Shown here: piece after piece, positions 11,614 through 24,900 of the stretch
Layout: each line of letters opens with the position of its first letter
Numbering within the stretch: the stretch's first letter is position 1
DNA from: Eledone cirrhosa
Taxonomy: Eukaryota
Direction: 5' to 3'
NCBI GenBank assembly: GCA_964016885.1
Contig: OZ024745.1
Coordinates: forward strand, 25,234,001 to 25,298,000
DNA length: 64,000 nucleotides
Notes under the pieces: generated by a model
Database searches by the model: none
What the model was told of the DNA's origin: nothing
The model's input: the letters and a program-made list of their open reading frames with translations, nothing else
Translations under genes and position numbers: made by a program

Positions 11614-11878
11614 GCAGAGGTTGTATTTAATTTGTTGGGATTCAACAAGCTTAAAAATTTTATAACTGATATAAAGCACTCAACAAGTTAGTGGAGTAAA
11701 TACAGTTTAATTTAAATAAACCGTTATCTTTTCAACCTTTCGGACACTCATTTGCATACTCACTCATAACTTTGTATTACCCTCAATAAATGTACTATGT
11801 CCACTATCCAGGAAGCTCCAACCGTTAAGGTTGTCTTTTTTTCCGGGTATGTCAATATTTATTTATAAACCAAATCTG

Positions 11879-11944
11879 TATTTTATCTGATGAAAGCACA
11901 CTATAATTTACCTTGGTTGCCATTGAAATATGTATAATAAAATA
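11879..11944 (+). ncRNA. Type I hammerhead ribozyme (degenerate stem II) in a Penelope-like terminal repeat
   Basis: tattttat-CTGATGA-...-GAAA-tatgta-TA-ataaaata, with an 8-bp perfect stem I. Homologous to 54865-54929. Confidence 0.6.
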
Positions 11945-11978
11945 AATATGGTTTTATAAATATAGTTTCCATTTATTA

Positions 11979-12020
<42 letters not shown>

Positions 12021-12268
12021 TGGATGTTAAATGATGATGATGATGATCATCATATATATATCCATATGTGATTGACGGCTGAGAGAAAGGAGTACACAAG
12101 ACTGAAGTAGAGTTTTAATATTCATTTTATTAAGGCTGAATAGTGAGTCTTGTTACTTTGGAGTTCCGTCTGTTTATCACAAGGTCATCAGATTTCCCTG
12201 TGATAAATTGGATGATTTCTTTTGAATGAAACAGTTCTAGTCCTGTTGAAGCCATTTCTGCATTAAAG

Positions 12269-12301
<33 letters not shown>

Positions 12302-12650
12302 GAGTCCTGGAACCATTATAGGCACCCGTTTTACGTGTGTTGTGTTGAAGCGAATAACTATGTGTATACTCTGGGAATGTATCTTACATTACCCATTGAG
12401 TGCGCTAAGATATAACCGGTACTGGCATTGATAAATATGCTGGGTCTGTCAACTCCTTATATATATATATATATATTTTCCGTGGCGCTTACACGTACAT
12501 TTTACAGTGTGGGCTGGGTGCTTTTTTGCAGTGGAATGATAGGGACCCCAGTCCTATTATTTCATTTCTACAGCTGATCGTCTTCCTGTCTTCTTCCGGT
12601 TGCAACGTTTTTTGAAATATTCACTTCTGCGTTCACAGATTGACTTTGTT

Positions 12651-12701
12651 AGTTTCAGAAGATCCCGTTAAGAGTGAAAGCAGCGATTCTTTGCTTAAAC
12701 T
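12651..12701 (+). ncRNA. Hammerhead-like fold with non-canonical CAGAAGA core
   Basis: agttt-CAGAAGA-tcccgttaagagt-GAAA-gcag..ttgc-TT-aaact, then AATAAA. A second copy lies at 37795-37845 (-). Confidence 0.4.
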
Positions 12702-12744
12702 TTAATCTGTTATTTTAATAAATATATATATATATATATATCAT

Positions 12745-12935
12745 CATCATCATCATCATCATCAGGTTTAGCGTCCGTGTTCCACGCTTGCATGGGTTTG
12801 GACGGGGGTTTTCCCACTTGAGGCAAGAGTGGTTGTCTTGCTCGCATAGGACTGTCTGGCGGGTTTTCTACAGTTGGATGCCCTTCCTAACACCAACCAC
12901 ATTTACAGTGTGGGGCTGGGAGGTTTTTACCGTGT
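12745..12935 (-). mobile_element. 3' end fragment of the RTE LINE family
   Basis: Reverse complement of 8790-8975, including the tail. Confidence 0.85.
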
Positions 12936-12954
12936 TATATATATATATATTCAT

Positions 12955-13275
12955 TTCATTTTACGTCCGCTTTTCCCTGCTTGCAAGGGTGGGACGGGAA
13001 CTGATTCTGGCTTGATTTCTACAGCTGGATGCCCTTCCTAACACCAACCTCATTTACAGTGAGTGCTGGGTGCTTTTTTGCCGTGGCACCTCCACGACCA
13101 CTTTGCAGTGGAATGATATGGACCCCAGTCCCTATCATCTCATTTCTACAGCTGAGTAAACTGGAGCAATGTGAAATAAAGTGTCTTGCTCAAGGAAACA
13201 ACACATCACCCGGTCTGAGGATTGAACTCACAATCTTTCGATTGCAAGGCCAATGCTCTAACCACTAAGCCATGT
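12955..13275 (-). mobile_element. Composite SINE (family B: tRNA head + CORE-like domain + RTE-type 3' tail)
   Basis: Minus strand reads TGGCTTAGTGG...TTGAGCAAGACACTT...GTTAGGAAGGGCATCCAGC. Copies at 13548-13945 (+) and 28675-29007 (-). Confidence 0.8.
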
Positions 13276-13455
13276 ATACATGCAACCGACACACATATCA
13301 ATATCTCCATTTAATGATCATCTTCCCTGTTAACAAGGGTTGGAAGGATTTTCACAGACCAAGTTAGTACTCAAATACTCAAATGTAATTACTGACCTTT
13401 CAGATAGGCTGGGGGCCTAAACCTCATATACACTACCAAGTGCACATACACGCAC

Positions 13456-13546
<91 letters not shown>

Positions 13547-13547
13547 A

Positions 13548-13945
13548 AGGCACATGGCTTAGTGGTTAGAGCATTGGGTTTGCAATCGAAAGGTTGTGAG
13601 GTCAATTCTCGGACCAGGTGATGTGTTGTTTCCTTGAGCAAGACCCATTATTTCACATTGCTCCAGTTTACTCAGCTGTAGAAATGAAATAATAGGACTG
13701 GGGTCCCTATCATTCCACTGCAAAAAAGCACCCAGCCCACACTGTAAAGTGTATGTGTAAGCACCCAGCACTCACTAAATGAGGTTGGTGTTAGGAAGGG
13801 CATCCAGCTATAGAAATCAACCCAGAATCAGTTCCAGTATGAGCAAGACAAGGTCAGCTGACCGGACACTGCCCACAACAGGACAACCTGTCTAACCCAT
13901 GCTAGTGTGGAAGAACGGACGTAGAACGGTGATGATGATGATGAT
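13548..13945 (+). mobile_element. Composite SINE (family B) with RTE-type tail
   Basis: A-box TGGCTTAGTGG, CORE-like CCTTGAGCAAGAC, then GGTTGGTGTTAGGAAGGGCATCCAGC and a (GAT)n tail. Confidence 0.8.
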
Positions 13946-15703
13946 ATATATATATATATATATATACTTCAGAATTTACATAATATAAATGTTTGTTTTA
14001 TTACATTTGTTCATTGAGAAACTGTAGAAGTTCTGTCTTTCAACCTCTTGAAATAAGTTCATGGGAAGATGGCTTCGGTTTTATACCATTAACAGTTCAG
14101 AAAGCTAAAGAAAAATAAATAGATTGCAAGAAATGATATTCCAGAGTAAAACAGATTAGGTGATGTAAGAGCTCCAATTAATATTTAAGTAGAAGACACA
14201 AAGTGTATGTGTGGGTGTGTGTGTATATGTGTGTGTATGTGAGAGAGAGTGTGTGTATGAGTGTTGCAGATATTGAAGTGATCAAAGACATTCTGGGAGT
14301 ATTAAAACAGGGTGTGTTGAACATTTTAAGGTAAACTTGAATGTAGTTTTATAAAATAAACGCCATATGTTTAAAATGAAAGTATACTATGTTTATAAAT
14401 AGTGCAGAAAATGTTAAACAAATACTGTTGAAGTATGTTAGTAGCACACTATGAATATATATATGCTTTTGACTCTAATCAGTTTTATGTGACTTTTTGA
14501 GATAGAACTAACAAGTTGTCTTTCCAGTAACAGAAGTTATTGGTAACTGATGGCCTGAAGATGATGTTGTTGTTGTTGGGGACCCTGCTGAAAGCACACA
14601 CTGGTCACAAAGTGGTGCTAAACTGAGTGACAGATTAAGTTTAATTTTTCCTTGAGGTCTAAAGAAAATATTTACATGGAAAAAGCTCCCAGTACATGGT
14701 GTAAAGTGGTTGGCATTAGGAAGGGTATCCAGCCATAGAAATTCAAGCCAAAAATGGAACATATGAGCAAGATGTGGTCACATGACATCTTTCGCACCAC
14801 AATGTTACAACCCATCTAACACATGCAAGCATAGAAAATAGATGTTAAACTGTGATAATAAAATGTAGTTGAATTGCTTATTTCCCTACTCTCTTTCTCT
14901 GTACAAGAATTGGCTGAGAAGTTCAGTCTGACCAAAATACTCTCATGGAATGACCAAATGAGGTTTATTTTTCAACATAGTCCCTGGAAAGAAACAATGC
15001 AGTTATTTATAAGGAGAGTTGAAATAAATGATTGCAAGATTTCACAGCTCTAGCATCACTTCTTCATAGTCATCCTACAACTGACCCTTGTACTTTGTAT
15101 GTAATACAGTAGCACAACTACATATGAATCACTTGGCTGATTTAGGGCTATGGTCTTGAATTATGTGAGAGGCTTGAAGGAACATTTCTACTAGGAAGTT
15201 TCAGTCATCTGCTTAGCTATCTCTGATGGGTCCAGGGTGAAAAGCCTAAGAACTTTTCAGCCCACCATCATACTTATATTTCATGTTGTAGCTACTTTGA
15301 ACTGTGAATATTAAGATGGGATGAAATTGAAGGATCAAAATTGATCCTTGTGGTATGTGTCTAGGTTCAGTACTCTTTTCACTTCTTTGTTGTTGTTTTA
15401 TTTTTACATATCTTACTTATGCTGATTGAGAGGTGTTGAATTAACTTAAAATGTACCTTACTACAAGGCACTAACTAAATTTATTGATAAATAACCCAGC
15501 TCACACTAAGGTGGTTGTGTAGGTGTCATGACAAAAAGTACCCATCACACACTGTAAATGTGGTTGGCACTAGGAAGGTATTCAGCTATAGAAACCAAGC
15601 CAGAAACAGTTCTGTATGAACAAAACACAGTCACCTGACCCAACACGCCTCTAATGGGACAACCTATCTAACCCATGCTAGTATGGAAAAATCTACGTTA
15701 AAC

Positions 15704-15740
<37 letters not shown>

Positions 15741-18234
15741 CAAGGTGTTAATTAGCCATGATAGAATGGTGAAGTAGAATGAAAAGTACTGGGAATGATC
15801 TGTAAATATAAGTACTTGGAAAGATATACAAATATAATAAGTACTGGTAGAGATATACAAAATACTATAATAAATAGTAATAGTCATAAAGTTGATGTGT
15901 GTGTATGTATATATGTGTGTATGTATGTGTGTGTGTAGTAAGTAGTCAGAACATGTCTGGTTTGTGAACATGTTATGGAGTGGAGAAGATGAAAGCCATT
16001 TTTTAGACTTGGGAGATAGGTGGTGAATTGGAAAGAAGACACTCAAAGTACTAGACTGGTACTTTTTATTGATCTTAAATGGATGAAAGGCAAAGCTGAT
16101 CACAGCAGGATTTTAACTCAGAGAGTCAGAACGGACACTGCAAATCATTTTATCTGATGTTCTAACAACTCTGCCATTTTGCCCCCTGTCCACCTTGCCT
16201 AGTATGGAAATGAATATATAATTAATAGAAAAATAAGAACATGAATAAGGTTTTGGTGTTTGGGATTTGTAGTGGTGTTGAGAAGATAATAAAGTTTAAT
16301 ACTGGAATGAGATTGAACTAGTGACAGAATCATTTTGTGTGAATTGGGGTTTTGACAACTTGTATGTCAGTGGCATTATTGGCTGTTATAAAAGACTAGA
16401 GAGTTACACAAGGGGGAGGGGACTCTAAGGAGACAAAATTAATAGATTATATAATGATTTCTAATTCAGGCACAAGACCAGTAATTTGGGGGAGGGGAAG
16501 AAGATTATCCTGACCTCAGTATTTGACTGGTACTTTATTTTATCGATCCTGGAAGGGTGAAAGGTAAAGTTGACCTTGGTGCGATTAGAACTCAGAATAT
16601 CTAAAGAGCAGGAACAAATGCTGAAAAACATTTTATCCAATGCACTAATGATTCTGTCAATCCACTGTCCTGCTTATAGATTAAATAATAAGGGTTGTTT
16701 GAATTTTCATAATTGAACTATTGCAAAAATAATTTAGATAAACAATACAAATGTTTCTTTTTTTTTCTTTGTTTTATTTATTTATTGTGTCATGGTTTGG
16801 GAAAATGTTGTTATAGTTGTAGTGAGAAAATTGTGAAAGAAACAACTAGCCCAAACTAATGACTGTGCATTGTTATTTTTTTCCCCCAAGAGACATCATT
16901 TAGCATTAGTTGTGTAACGTGTAGGGGTTAGAGAGCTGTATGGTCTATATAGAATAATATTTAAAGCCAAGTTTCAGTTAAAAATGCATACAATATGGAA
17001 TCTAAATAAGTAGGTGTCCGTCAAATATTCTATATCTAGCCTGCTTCATTTTCTACACTGATTCACTCAAAGACTGGGTGCTGCTGGGAATTCTTGTATT
17101 ATCTGGTTCTCACAGTTGTTCTAGTGGATGAGAGAGAGACCTGGAAACACGAGCTGAAATCAAAGAAGCTATTTGTAAATGTATCAAATTTTAAGGTGCT
17201 TCACAACACAATCAGGGTAATTATGAAGGAGATGCCTTTTGTCCATCATCTGAAAAGGTGGCTTGATAGTTTAGGAAATTTGGAACTGCAGTATTTTAAC
17301 AAAAAACTGATATAAAACTATTTGAAGCTGATCTAAAAAAAAAAAAAGAAGAAAAAATAGAAAATAAATGAAGATTAACTAAGTATATAAAGAAAATTAA
17401 CTTGGATATATAAATTGTGACAACAGGATATTTTTTCTGATTATGATGCAAAAGTGTTTTTCTCTGCTATCAATTTTCATTTTCAGAAAAATTTTCCTTT
17501 TACCCACCCTTTCATAAACGTACACATACGCATGCATGCGCACACACACACACACACAATTTTTTTAAATAGTTTATGAATGAAGTATACCATTATTGTT
17601 TCATTTTTAATTTTTTAATTTTATATTTTACATTTTCACTGTTATTAGTTTCAACCATTGATGTTTATGTAAAATATCAGCTAATTATATATCTGTAACC
17701 ATTACAGAATATTTTGTAAGTGTAAGATTGGTAACTGAAGGAGGTCCATACTGATAATGTTATAAATTGGAAACTTAAACTGATGTAATATTAACTCTTT
17801 CACCACTCATATACTTAGTTAACAAGTACCACCCACACATACTGTTTCCATACAACAGTATTTCTCTCAAATTTCCATCCAGTAGCTCCAATTTTGATAC
17901 ACTGTTTTAGGCATGGCTATGAGGTTAAAAAGTTTACTTCAAAACCACAAGTTTTTAGGTTCTATTCTACTGTATGGCACCGTGGGCAAGTGTCTTCTAC
18001 TGTAGTTTTGACTGAATAATGTCTTCTGAGAGAATTTGATACACAGTACTTTGTCATCATCATCATCATTATATTAACTTTTCTGTGTTGGCATGGGTTG
18101 GACGGGACTTTTTGAAGCATTCTTTTACAGCTGAAAGCCCTTCTTGATAAACCCTTTTAGTCACTTCTTGCAACATACAGGTATCTAAAAAAAAGTCTAA
18201 AGTCTGTCTTAAGCCAGAGGGCTCATTTGGCCGG

Positions 18235-18475
18235 TGTTTATCCCGGTTTCATGGCATGAAGCGACTGAGAGTACAAGACTCCCCCCTGGACAGGACGCCA
18301 GTCCATCGCAGGGTTAAACCTCCAGCTATTGCTGGTACGCATTTCCAGCTGATTGTATTGGAGCAACGTGAAATGAAGTGTTTTGCTCAAAAACACAACA
18401 CACAACCCAGGAATCGAGCCCACGACATTATGATTGTAAGTCCAACACTCTTACCACTAGGCCACGTGCCTCCAC
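18235..18475 (-). mobile_element. tRNA-derived SINE, family B-related with a different central/3' part
   Basis: Minus strand has GGCACGTGGCCTAGTGG (A box), GGCTCGATTCC (B box) and TTGAGCAAAACACTT. Confidence 0.75.
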
Positions 18476-18934
18476 TACATACAGATATATAGTGTACCTA
18501 TTCTAAACTGGATACACGTGGTGTATATGGGGTGTGTGCATGTGTCTTTACTTTGCATTTGACACCATTCGCATAGGTGGGGACGTTTGTTGATGTCCTG
18601 CAGTTCAGCAGTTTGATGATGAAATTACTTAGAAAGTTTCCCTCCGAGGCACAGGCCTGTGCAAGTTATGTTTGTAGAAGACCAGCAGTCACCCATGCAT
18701 ACCAGTCTCCCCTCTCCATGCCACCGATGTTGTCCAAGGGAAAGGTAATGGCCGATACAGTTTAGCACCAGTGACATCATAACTCATTTCTACAGCTGAG
18801 TGAACTGGAGCATTGTGAAATAAAGTGTCTTGTTTAAGAACACAATGCAAAGCTCGGTCTGGGATTTGAATTCACAACGTTATGATTGTGAGATCAATGC
18901 TCAAACTAGAAAGCCACGCACCTATCACAACAAT

Positions 18935-19355
18935 TATAATTGTTTCTACATTTGGCACAAGGCCAGAAATTATCCCAGTGTATTACAGGTACTTTATTTT
19001 ATCGACAGCGTAAGGATGAAAAGCAAAGTTAACCTCGGCGGGATTTGAACTCACACCATAAAGGGACGTAACTCTTTGCTGCAAAGCATGGTGTCCGACT
19101 CTCTACCGATACTGCCAATCCACCGCCCTATCACAACAATTATAATAACATTATTACAACATGGGTGGTGGATTGGTAGTATTGGTAGAGCGTCAGACGC
19201 CATGCTTTGCAGCATAGAATTACGACCCTTTATGATCTGCGTTCAAATCCCACCAAGGTTAACTTTGTCTATCATCCTTACGGAGTTGATAAAATAAAGT
19301 ACCAGTAATGCACTGGGATAATTGCTGGCCTTGTGCCAAAAGTAGAAACAATTAT
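18935..19355. mobile_element. Two family-A SINEs in head-to-head inverted arrangement (18935-19130 -, 19162-19355 +)
   Basis: Two near full-length copies on opposite strands about 30 bp apart. Confidence 0.85.
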
Positions 19356-19987
19356 TACAACAATTTTGTACTACCATTACAATTATCAAATTTTACAATA
19401 TTGATAAATATCAATCAACAGGAAAAGCTCCAAATGGTTGCTTGATCTATAATAGTAGCCAAATCTCCCTCAAATAACACTCTACCATTTTATATGAAAA
19501 AAGTAAAGGCTAAGTTTCATATCCATAACCCCCTCCCCCATAACTTTGTTTGTTTTTATTTATTTATTTATTTTTGGAAATTTTCTTTGTATTCTTAGAT
19601 TTGTAACAACAATTCTGGAAAAAAAAAGAATTTAATTTTTTTTTTTTTACAAAATATCAAATTTCACCCCCCACTCTCTACTTTCAGACAACCTTAACTA
19701 ACCCCCTCAACCATAGATTTAATTTAAATTTGGAAAAATTCCTTTTTACAAGATCATAATCTCGTATGTTTTAGATGTAGATATTGGAAAAACATATTTT
19801 GAAAAAAAAAGAGCAAAATAGAAAAAGAACAAAAACAAAACAAATATCGAAAGAAAAATTTTATTGTGGGGTGGATGGGGTGTTTGGAAATTGAAATAAA
19901 AAAAAAAAATCTTTTAGCTGAATTGTAATCTCCTACATTTTAAAAGTAGGTATCTGAAGAAATGTTTAGAAAATAAAACAACAAAAA

Positions 19988-20332
19988 TTGGGACCCAGAA
20001 CTTACAGGGACTTATAGGGACCCGAAAAGGGGTTTATGGGAACTCAGAAAACACAGGGACTTATGGGGACGTATAGGGACCCAGAACTTACATGGACTTA
20101 AAGGGACCTGAAACTTACAGGGGTTTATTGGAACCCAGAAAATACAGGGACTTACAGGGACTTATAGGGACCCGAAACTTACAGAAGTTTATTGGTACCC
20201 AAAACTTATAGGGACCCGAAACTTACAGGGGTTTATTGAGCCCCAGAACTTACAGGGAATTATAGGGACCCAGAACTTACAGGGACTTATAGGGACCCGA
20301 AACTTACAGGGACTTATAGGGACCCAAAACTT
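19988..20332. repeat. Degenerate ~27-bp minisatellite (gggacttatagggacccgaaacttacag)
   Basis: Seen directly. Confidence 0.85.
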
Positions 20333-20493
20333 TGCCATGTCTGAACTAGAGCTAAACAACAACTACTAGTCAGAGCTTATGTTATCATTAAGGCCAACTA
20401 GGTACCTGCCTATGGTGCAGATCTTAGATAGACACATTACTGAACCTTAAAGGATCTCAGTTTTATACAAATATTTATTATATTAGATATATA

Positions 20494-20672
20494 GGATTGG
20501 CAGTATTGGTAGAGTGTCGGACGACATGCTTTGCAGAGTTACAGTCCTTTATGGTCTGAGTTCAAATCCCGCTGACGTTAACATTGCCTTTCATCCTTAC
20601 GGGGTCGATAAAATAAAGTACCAGTAATGCACCGGGGTAATTACTGGCCTTGTGCCCAAAGTAGAAACAATT
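20494..20672 (+). mobile_element. Family-A SINE with TSD
   Basis: Flanked on both sides by tatattagatatata. Confidence 0.85.
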
Positions 20673-20999
20673 ATATTAGATATATAATAATTTCTTGTAA
20701 TCAATAAATAAATTGCTAAACATCTTTGCTTTGTAACAGCAGTGTGGAAAAATAGCAAGTGGTAGAGGGGGGGGGGGGTATTAAGGTGTTATGACCATTC
20801 TTATGATTTGATGTGGTTGAGTGTGGACTGTGGAAAATGCAGGTTTAGTAATTTTCTTAGTGTGTGAGAACAAGAATGGACGGAACACCTTTGACCATAG
20901 ATTTGCTTGATGAGAACTGACCTGATGTTAAACAACATCAAATGCTAATGCAAATAATATTACTACTATCTTTACCTGTTCCTGTTCCTCTCCTCCTCC

Positions 21000-21006
21000 T
21001 CCAGCA

Positions 21007-21044
<38 letters not shown>

Positions 21045-22490
21045 TACTGGCACCACTTCTACCATTTTCACCACACATTACTAGTTCTGTCTATCTGGAT
21101 GGATTCCTGCAGCACTGTCTCTTATTACAAACCACCACCACCACCAACACCAACACCACCATCCCCACCACCACCACAATCACCCCCCCCCCCCCCATCA
21201 CCACAACCACCACAACCACCACTGCTACGGCCACCACCACCACCACCAACACCACCACAACAACCATCCCCACCATCACCACTACCACCACAACCACCAC
21301 TGCTACGGCCACCACCACCACCAACACCACCACCAACACCACCACAACAACCATCCCCACCATCACCACTACCACCACCACCATTGACCACCACTACACC
21401 CACCACCATCACCACTACCAATATCCCCCCCTACCCTTCAGCCACTGCCCCATTTTCACCAGCACTACCATCTCCACCATGACCCACACCACTACCCCAA
21501 ACACACCACTACAATCACTGCCTCCACCACCAGCACTAGCCCCCCCCCCAACACTACCAAACCCAACAACAACACCCTCAACAACACCAATACCACCACC
21601 ACCACCAGCACTCTCCCAACACCAACACTAACACCACCACCACCACCACCAACAACAACTTCAACACTAACACCACCACCACCACCACCAACTTCAACAC
21701 TAACACCACCACCACCACCACCAACCTCAATACCAACACCACCACCACCACCACCCTTAATACCAACACCACCACCACTTCTCTTAATCATTTCAGTTGC
21801 CCCCTAACACAGATGCTATGTATATATATATATATATATATATGTGTATATATATATATGTGTATATATATATTTGTATATATATGTGTGTATATATATA
21901 TATGTGTATGTATATATGTGTATGTATATGTGTATGTATATGTGTATATATATATGTATATATATATTTGTATATATATGTGTGTAATATATATGTGTAT
22001 GTATATATGTGTATGTATATGTGTATATATATATATATGTGTGTATATATATGTGTATGTATATGTGTATATATATGTATATATATATGTGTATATATAT
22101 GTGTGTATGTATATGTGTATATATATATATGTGTATGTATATATTTGTATATATATGTGTATATATATATGTCTGTATATGTGTATATATATGTGTATAT
22201 ATATATGTATATATATATGTGTATATATATATGTGTATGTAAATGTGTATATATATGTGTGTGTATATATATGTGTATATATATATGTGTATATATTCGT
22301 ATATATATATGTGTATATATATATGTGTATATATTCGTATATATATATGTGTATATATATATGTGTATATATTCGTATATATATATGTGTATATATATAT
22401 ATGTATATATATATGTGTATATATATATGTATATATATATATGTATATATATATGTGTATATATATATGTATATATATATGTGTATATAG
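21000..22490. repeat. Compound microsatellite: (CTA)/(CCA)-rich 21000-21780 and (TA/TG)n 21818-22490
   Basis: Seen directly. Confidence 0.92.
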
Positions 22491-22654
22491 GCAGTAAATG
22501 ATGCTAAGTCTAGAGAGAGAAAGTAAGAGGAGAGGAAATACATTTGAGTTGGTGGGTGTCGAAGAAAGCTCCGAAATTTCCCACGGAAAGGAATCCAGAC
22601 TTGAACTCCCACCGATGTGACATATCGTTAGTGTGTATGTGGTGTAATGGTAAG

Positions 22655-22975
22655 GTGTGGGGTGTGCAGGGAAGGGGCTGTGTGGGTGTGTGCAGGGAAG
22701 GGGGCTGTGTGGGTGTGTGCAGGTAGGGGGCTGTGTGGGTGTGTGCAGGGAAGGGGGTTATGTGGGTGTGTGCAAGGAAGGGGGCTGTGTGGGTGTGTGC
22801 AGGGAAGGGGCTGTGTGGGTGTGTGCAGGGAAGGGGGTTGAGTGGGTGGGTGCAGGAGGGGGCTGTGTGGGTGTGTGCAGGGAAGGGGGTTGAGTGGGTG
22901 GGTGCAGGAGGGGGCTGTGTGGGTGTGTGCAGGAGGGGACTGTGTGGGTGTGTGCAGGGAGGGGGCTGTGTGCCT
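22655..22975. repeat. G-rich ~23-bp minisatellite (gggggctgtgtgggtgtgtgcagggaa)
   Basis: Seen directly. Confidence 0.9.
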
Positions 22976-23164
22976 GCCTGTGTCTTGTGTTTGATGGATG
23001 TGTGTGAAAGAAAGAAAGACAGAAAAAAAAACAAGGGAGAGAGAGGGGGAGAGGGAGAGAGGGGGAGGAGAGAAAGGGGTAAGCACCCACACACAAGAAT
23101 GTGTTCATCTTTCTCTGCATGGGTATGTGACTATATAGTTGTATAGACATGTATGTGTATATAT

Positions 23165-23213
<49 letters not shown>

Positions 23214-24539
23214 CATATACTGTGTATATATGTATACATATATATATATATATATATTTCTCTCTCTATATATATATGTGTGTGTGTGTGCATATATATA
23301 TATGCACACATATATACATGTATGTATATATATTACATTGGTGAGTATATTTTTGCATAAGATCTGTAAAAATATGTGTAGTGTTTGTACTTGTACATGT
23401 CTCTTCCTTTCTCATTGTCATCTTCATAGCACCATGTGTAAGGTGTTATTGATAACGTGTGTGTGTGTGTTTTCAGAGGTTGGGTGGGACGGTGGAATCT
23501 ATGTACCAAGGGAATTACTCTTTTTGCAAACAGACTGGTGATATTTGTCAGGTCCTCTCTTTCTCTCTGACTCTCTCTCTCTCTCTCTCACTCTCTCACT
23601 CTCTCTCATTCTCGCTCACTCTCTCTGTCTCTCTCCTAGGGTGGGGTGTCAGTCAATCAGTATATAGACTTTGCTATATTTTCCCTCTGTCTGGCTGGTT
23701 GCTGTTTGTTTATGTATTTGTATATATATATATGTATGTATAAATACACACACACTCTTGTAGGTAGGTTTGTCTGGCTGGCTACAGTTAAAAAAAAAGT
23801 AAATGAACTAAGGGAAATAACTCAATTGGGTCAATGGCATAATTTTTGATAAAATATGATAATGGGTGTTCTACTAAATGCTGTACACACAACAAAATTC
23901 CTGATTCAAATTAATTATATGTCTACTGTTTGAAATTATTTGTATGTATGTATAGCCAGCTACTTTTTATACGCTATCATCATCATCAACATTTAACTCT
24001 TGTTACTGATCCAACCAATATCAGCTCTGGTTCTCTGAAATAAAACCACCCATTTTAAAGGTTTCCAATTTAATTTAAAATCTTCCAACATAATTTTATA
24101 TAAGAAATTTAGTAATGAAATAATTCATAATTTTAGTAAATCCCTCCAAATTCTTCTTTAATTATTTGAAACAGTGTGAATTTCATTATAAATACAGTCA
24201 TGAAAGGGTTAATGTCTGTTTTCCCTGCAAGTAAGTGTTGAACAGGTTGCCATAGACCATATCAGTACTTAATCAGAGCTACTGATATATATATATTTAT
24301 TACATTCTCTATGCAAAACCTCACAATATCATGAAAGGCCATTGACATTATATAAAAATCTATCTAATAATTGTTTCTACTTTTGGCACAAGGCCAGCAA
24401 TTATCCCAGTGTATTACTGGTGCTTTATTTTATCGACCCCGTAAGGATGAAAGGCAAAGTTTACCTCGGCGGGATTTGAACTCAGAAGGGCAAGGCGCAT
24501 AACTCTAAAACACACTACTAAAGGGAACAAAAGGAAGAA

Positions 24540-24900
24540 GAAAAAAGAAAAGGAAAAGGAGAAAAAGAAAGAAGGATCAAGCAGTGAAAGAAAGGCAGAG
24601 GGGGAGAGACAGTCACTACATCCCAGTCTGAGCAGTGCCTCAGGCAAGTCCTGTGGACAAAACAGCAAAAAGTGTTACAGTGGAGAATGGCTCAAGACAC
24701 CTGCTGCAACAGGTACGCCACCTCACGGAGCTTCCTCCTCAAACAGACCACCATCTTTCCAATTTTATGGAGGAAATCAGCAGTGCAGGGACCAAGGACA
24801 CTAGAGGTCTTGACAGAGGTTGGTGCAAAGAGGAAGTGGTCGGTCAGGGCCCGGGTTTGATAGCAACAATGCGAGAAGTTTGCATGAGAATTCATTCTTT
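24540..24900 (+). mobile_element. Decayed interspersed repeat, possibly a LINE 5'/ORF1 remnant
   Basis: A diverged homologous stretch at 31205-31420 (gagggacagactctacatctca...ctgcaacag...cttcctcagacag). No intact frame. Confidence 0.45.

Noticed and set aside
14528-14640. Possible coding exon after ttgtctttccAG
   Set aside because: Stops in all frames and no recognisable homology; a UTR exon cannot be excluded but is unsupported.
17094-17315. 73-aa ORF in unique sequence
   Set aside because: No recognisable motif, no ATG start and no convincing splice boundaries.
20942-23541. Mucin-like and YI/CV-rich ORFs
   Set aside because: Translations of CCA, TA/TG and G-rich minisatellites.
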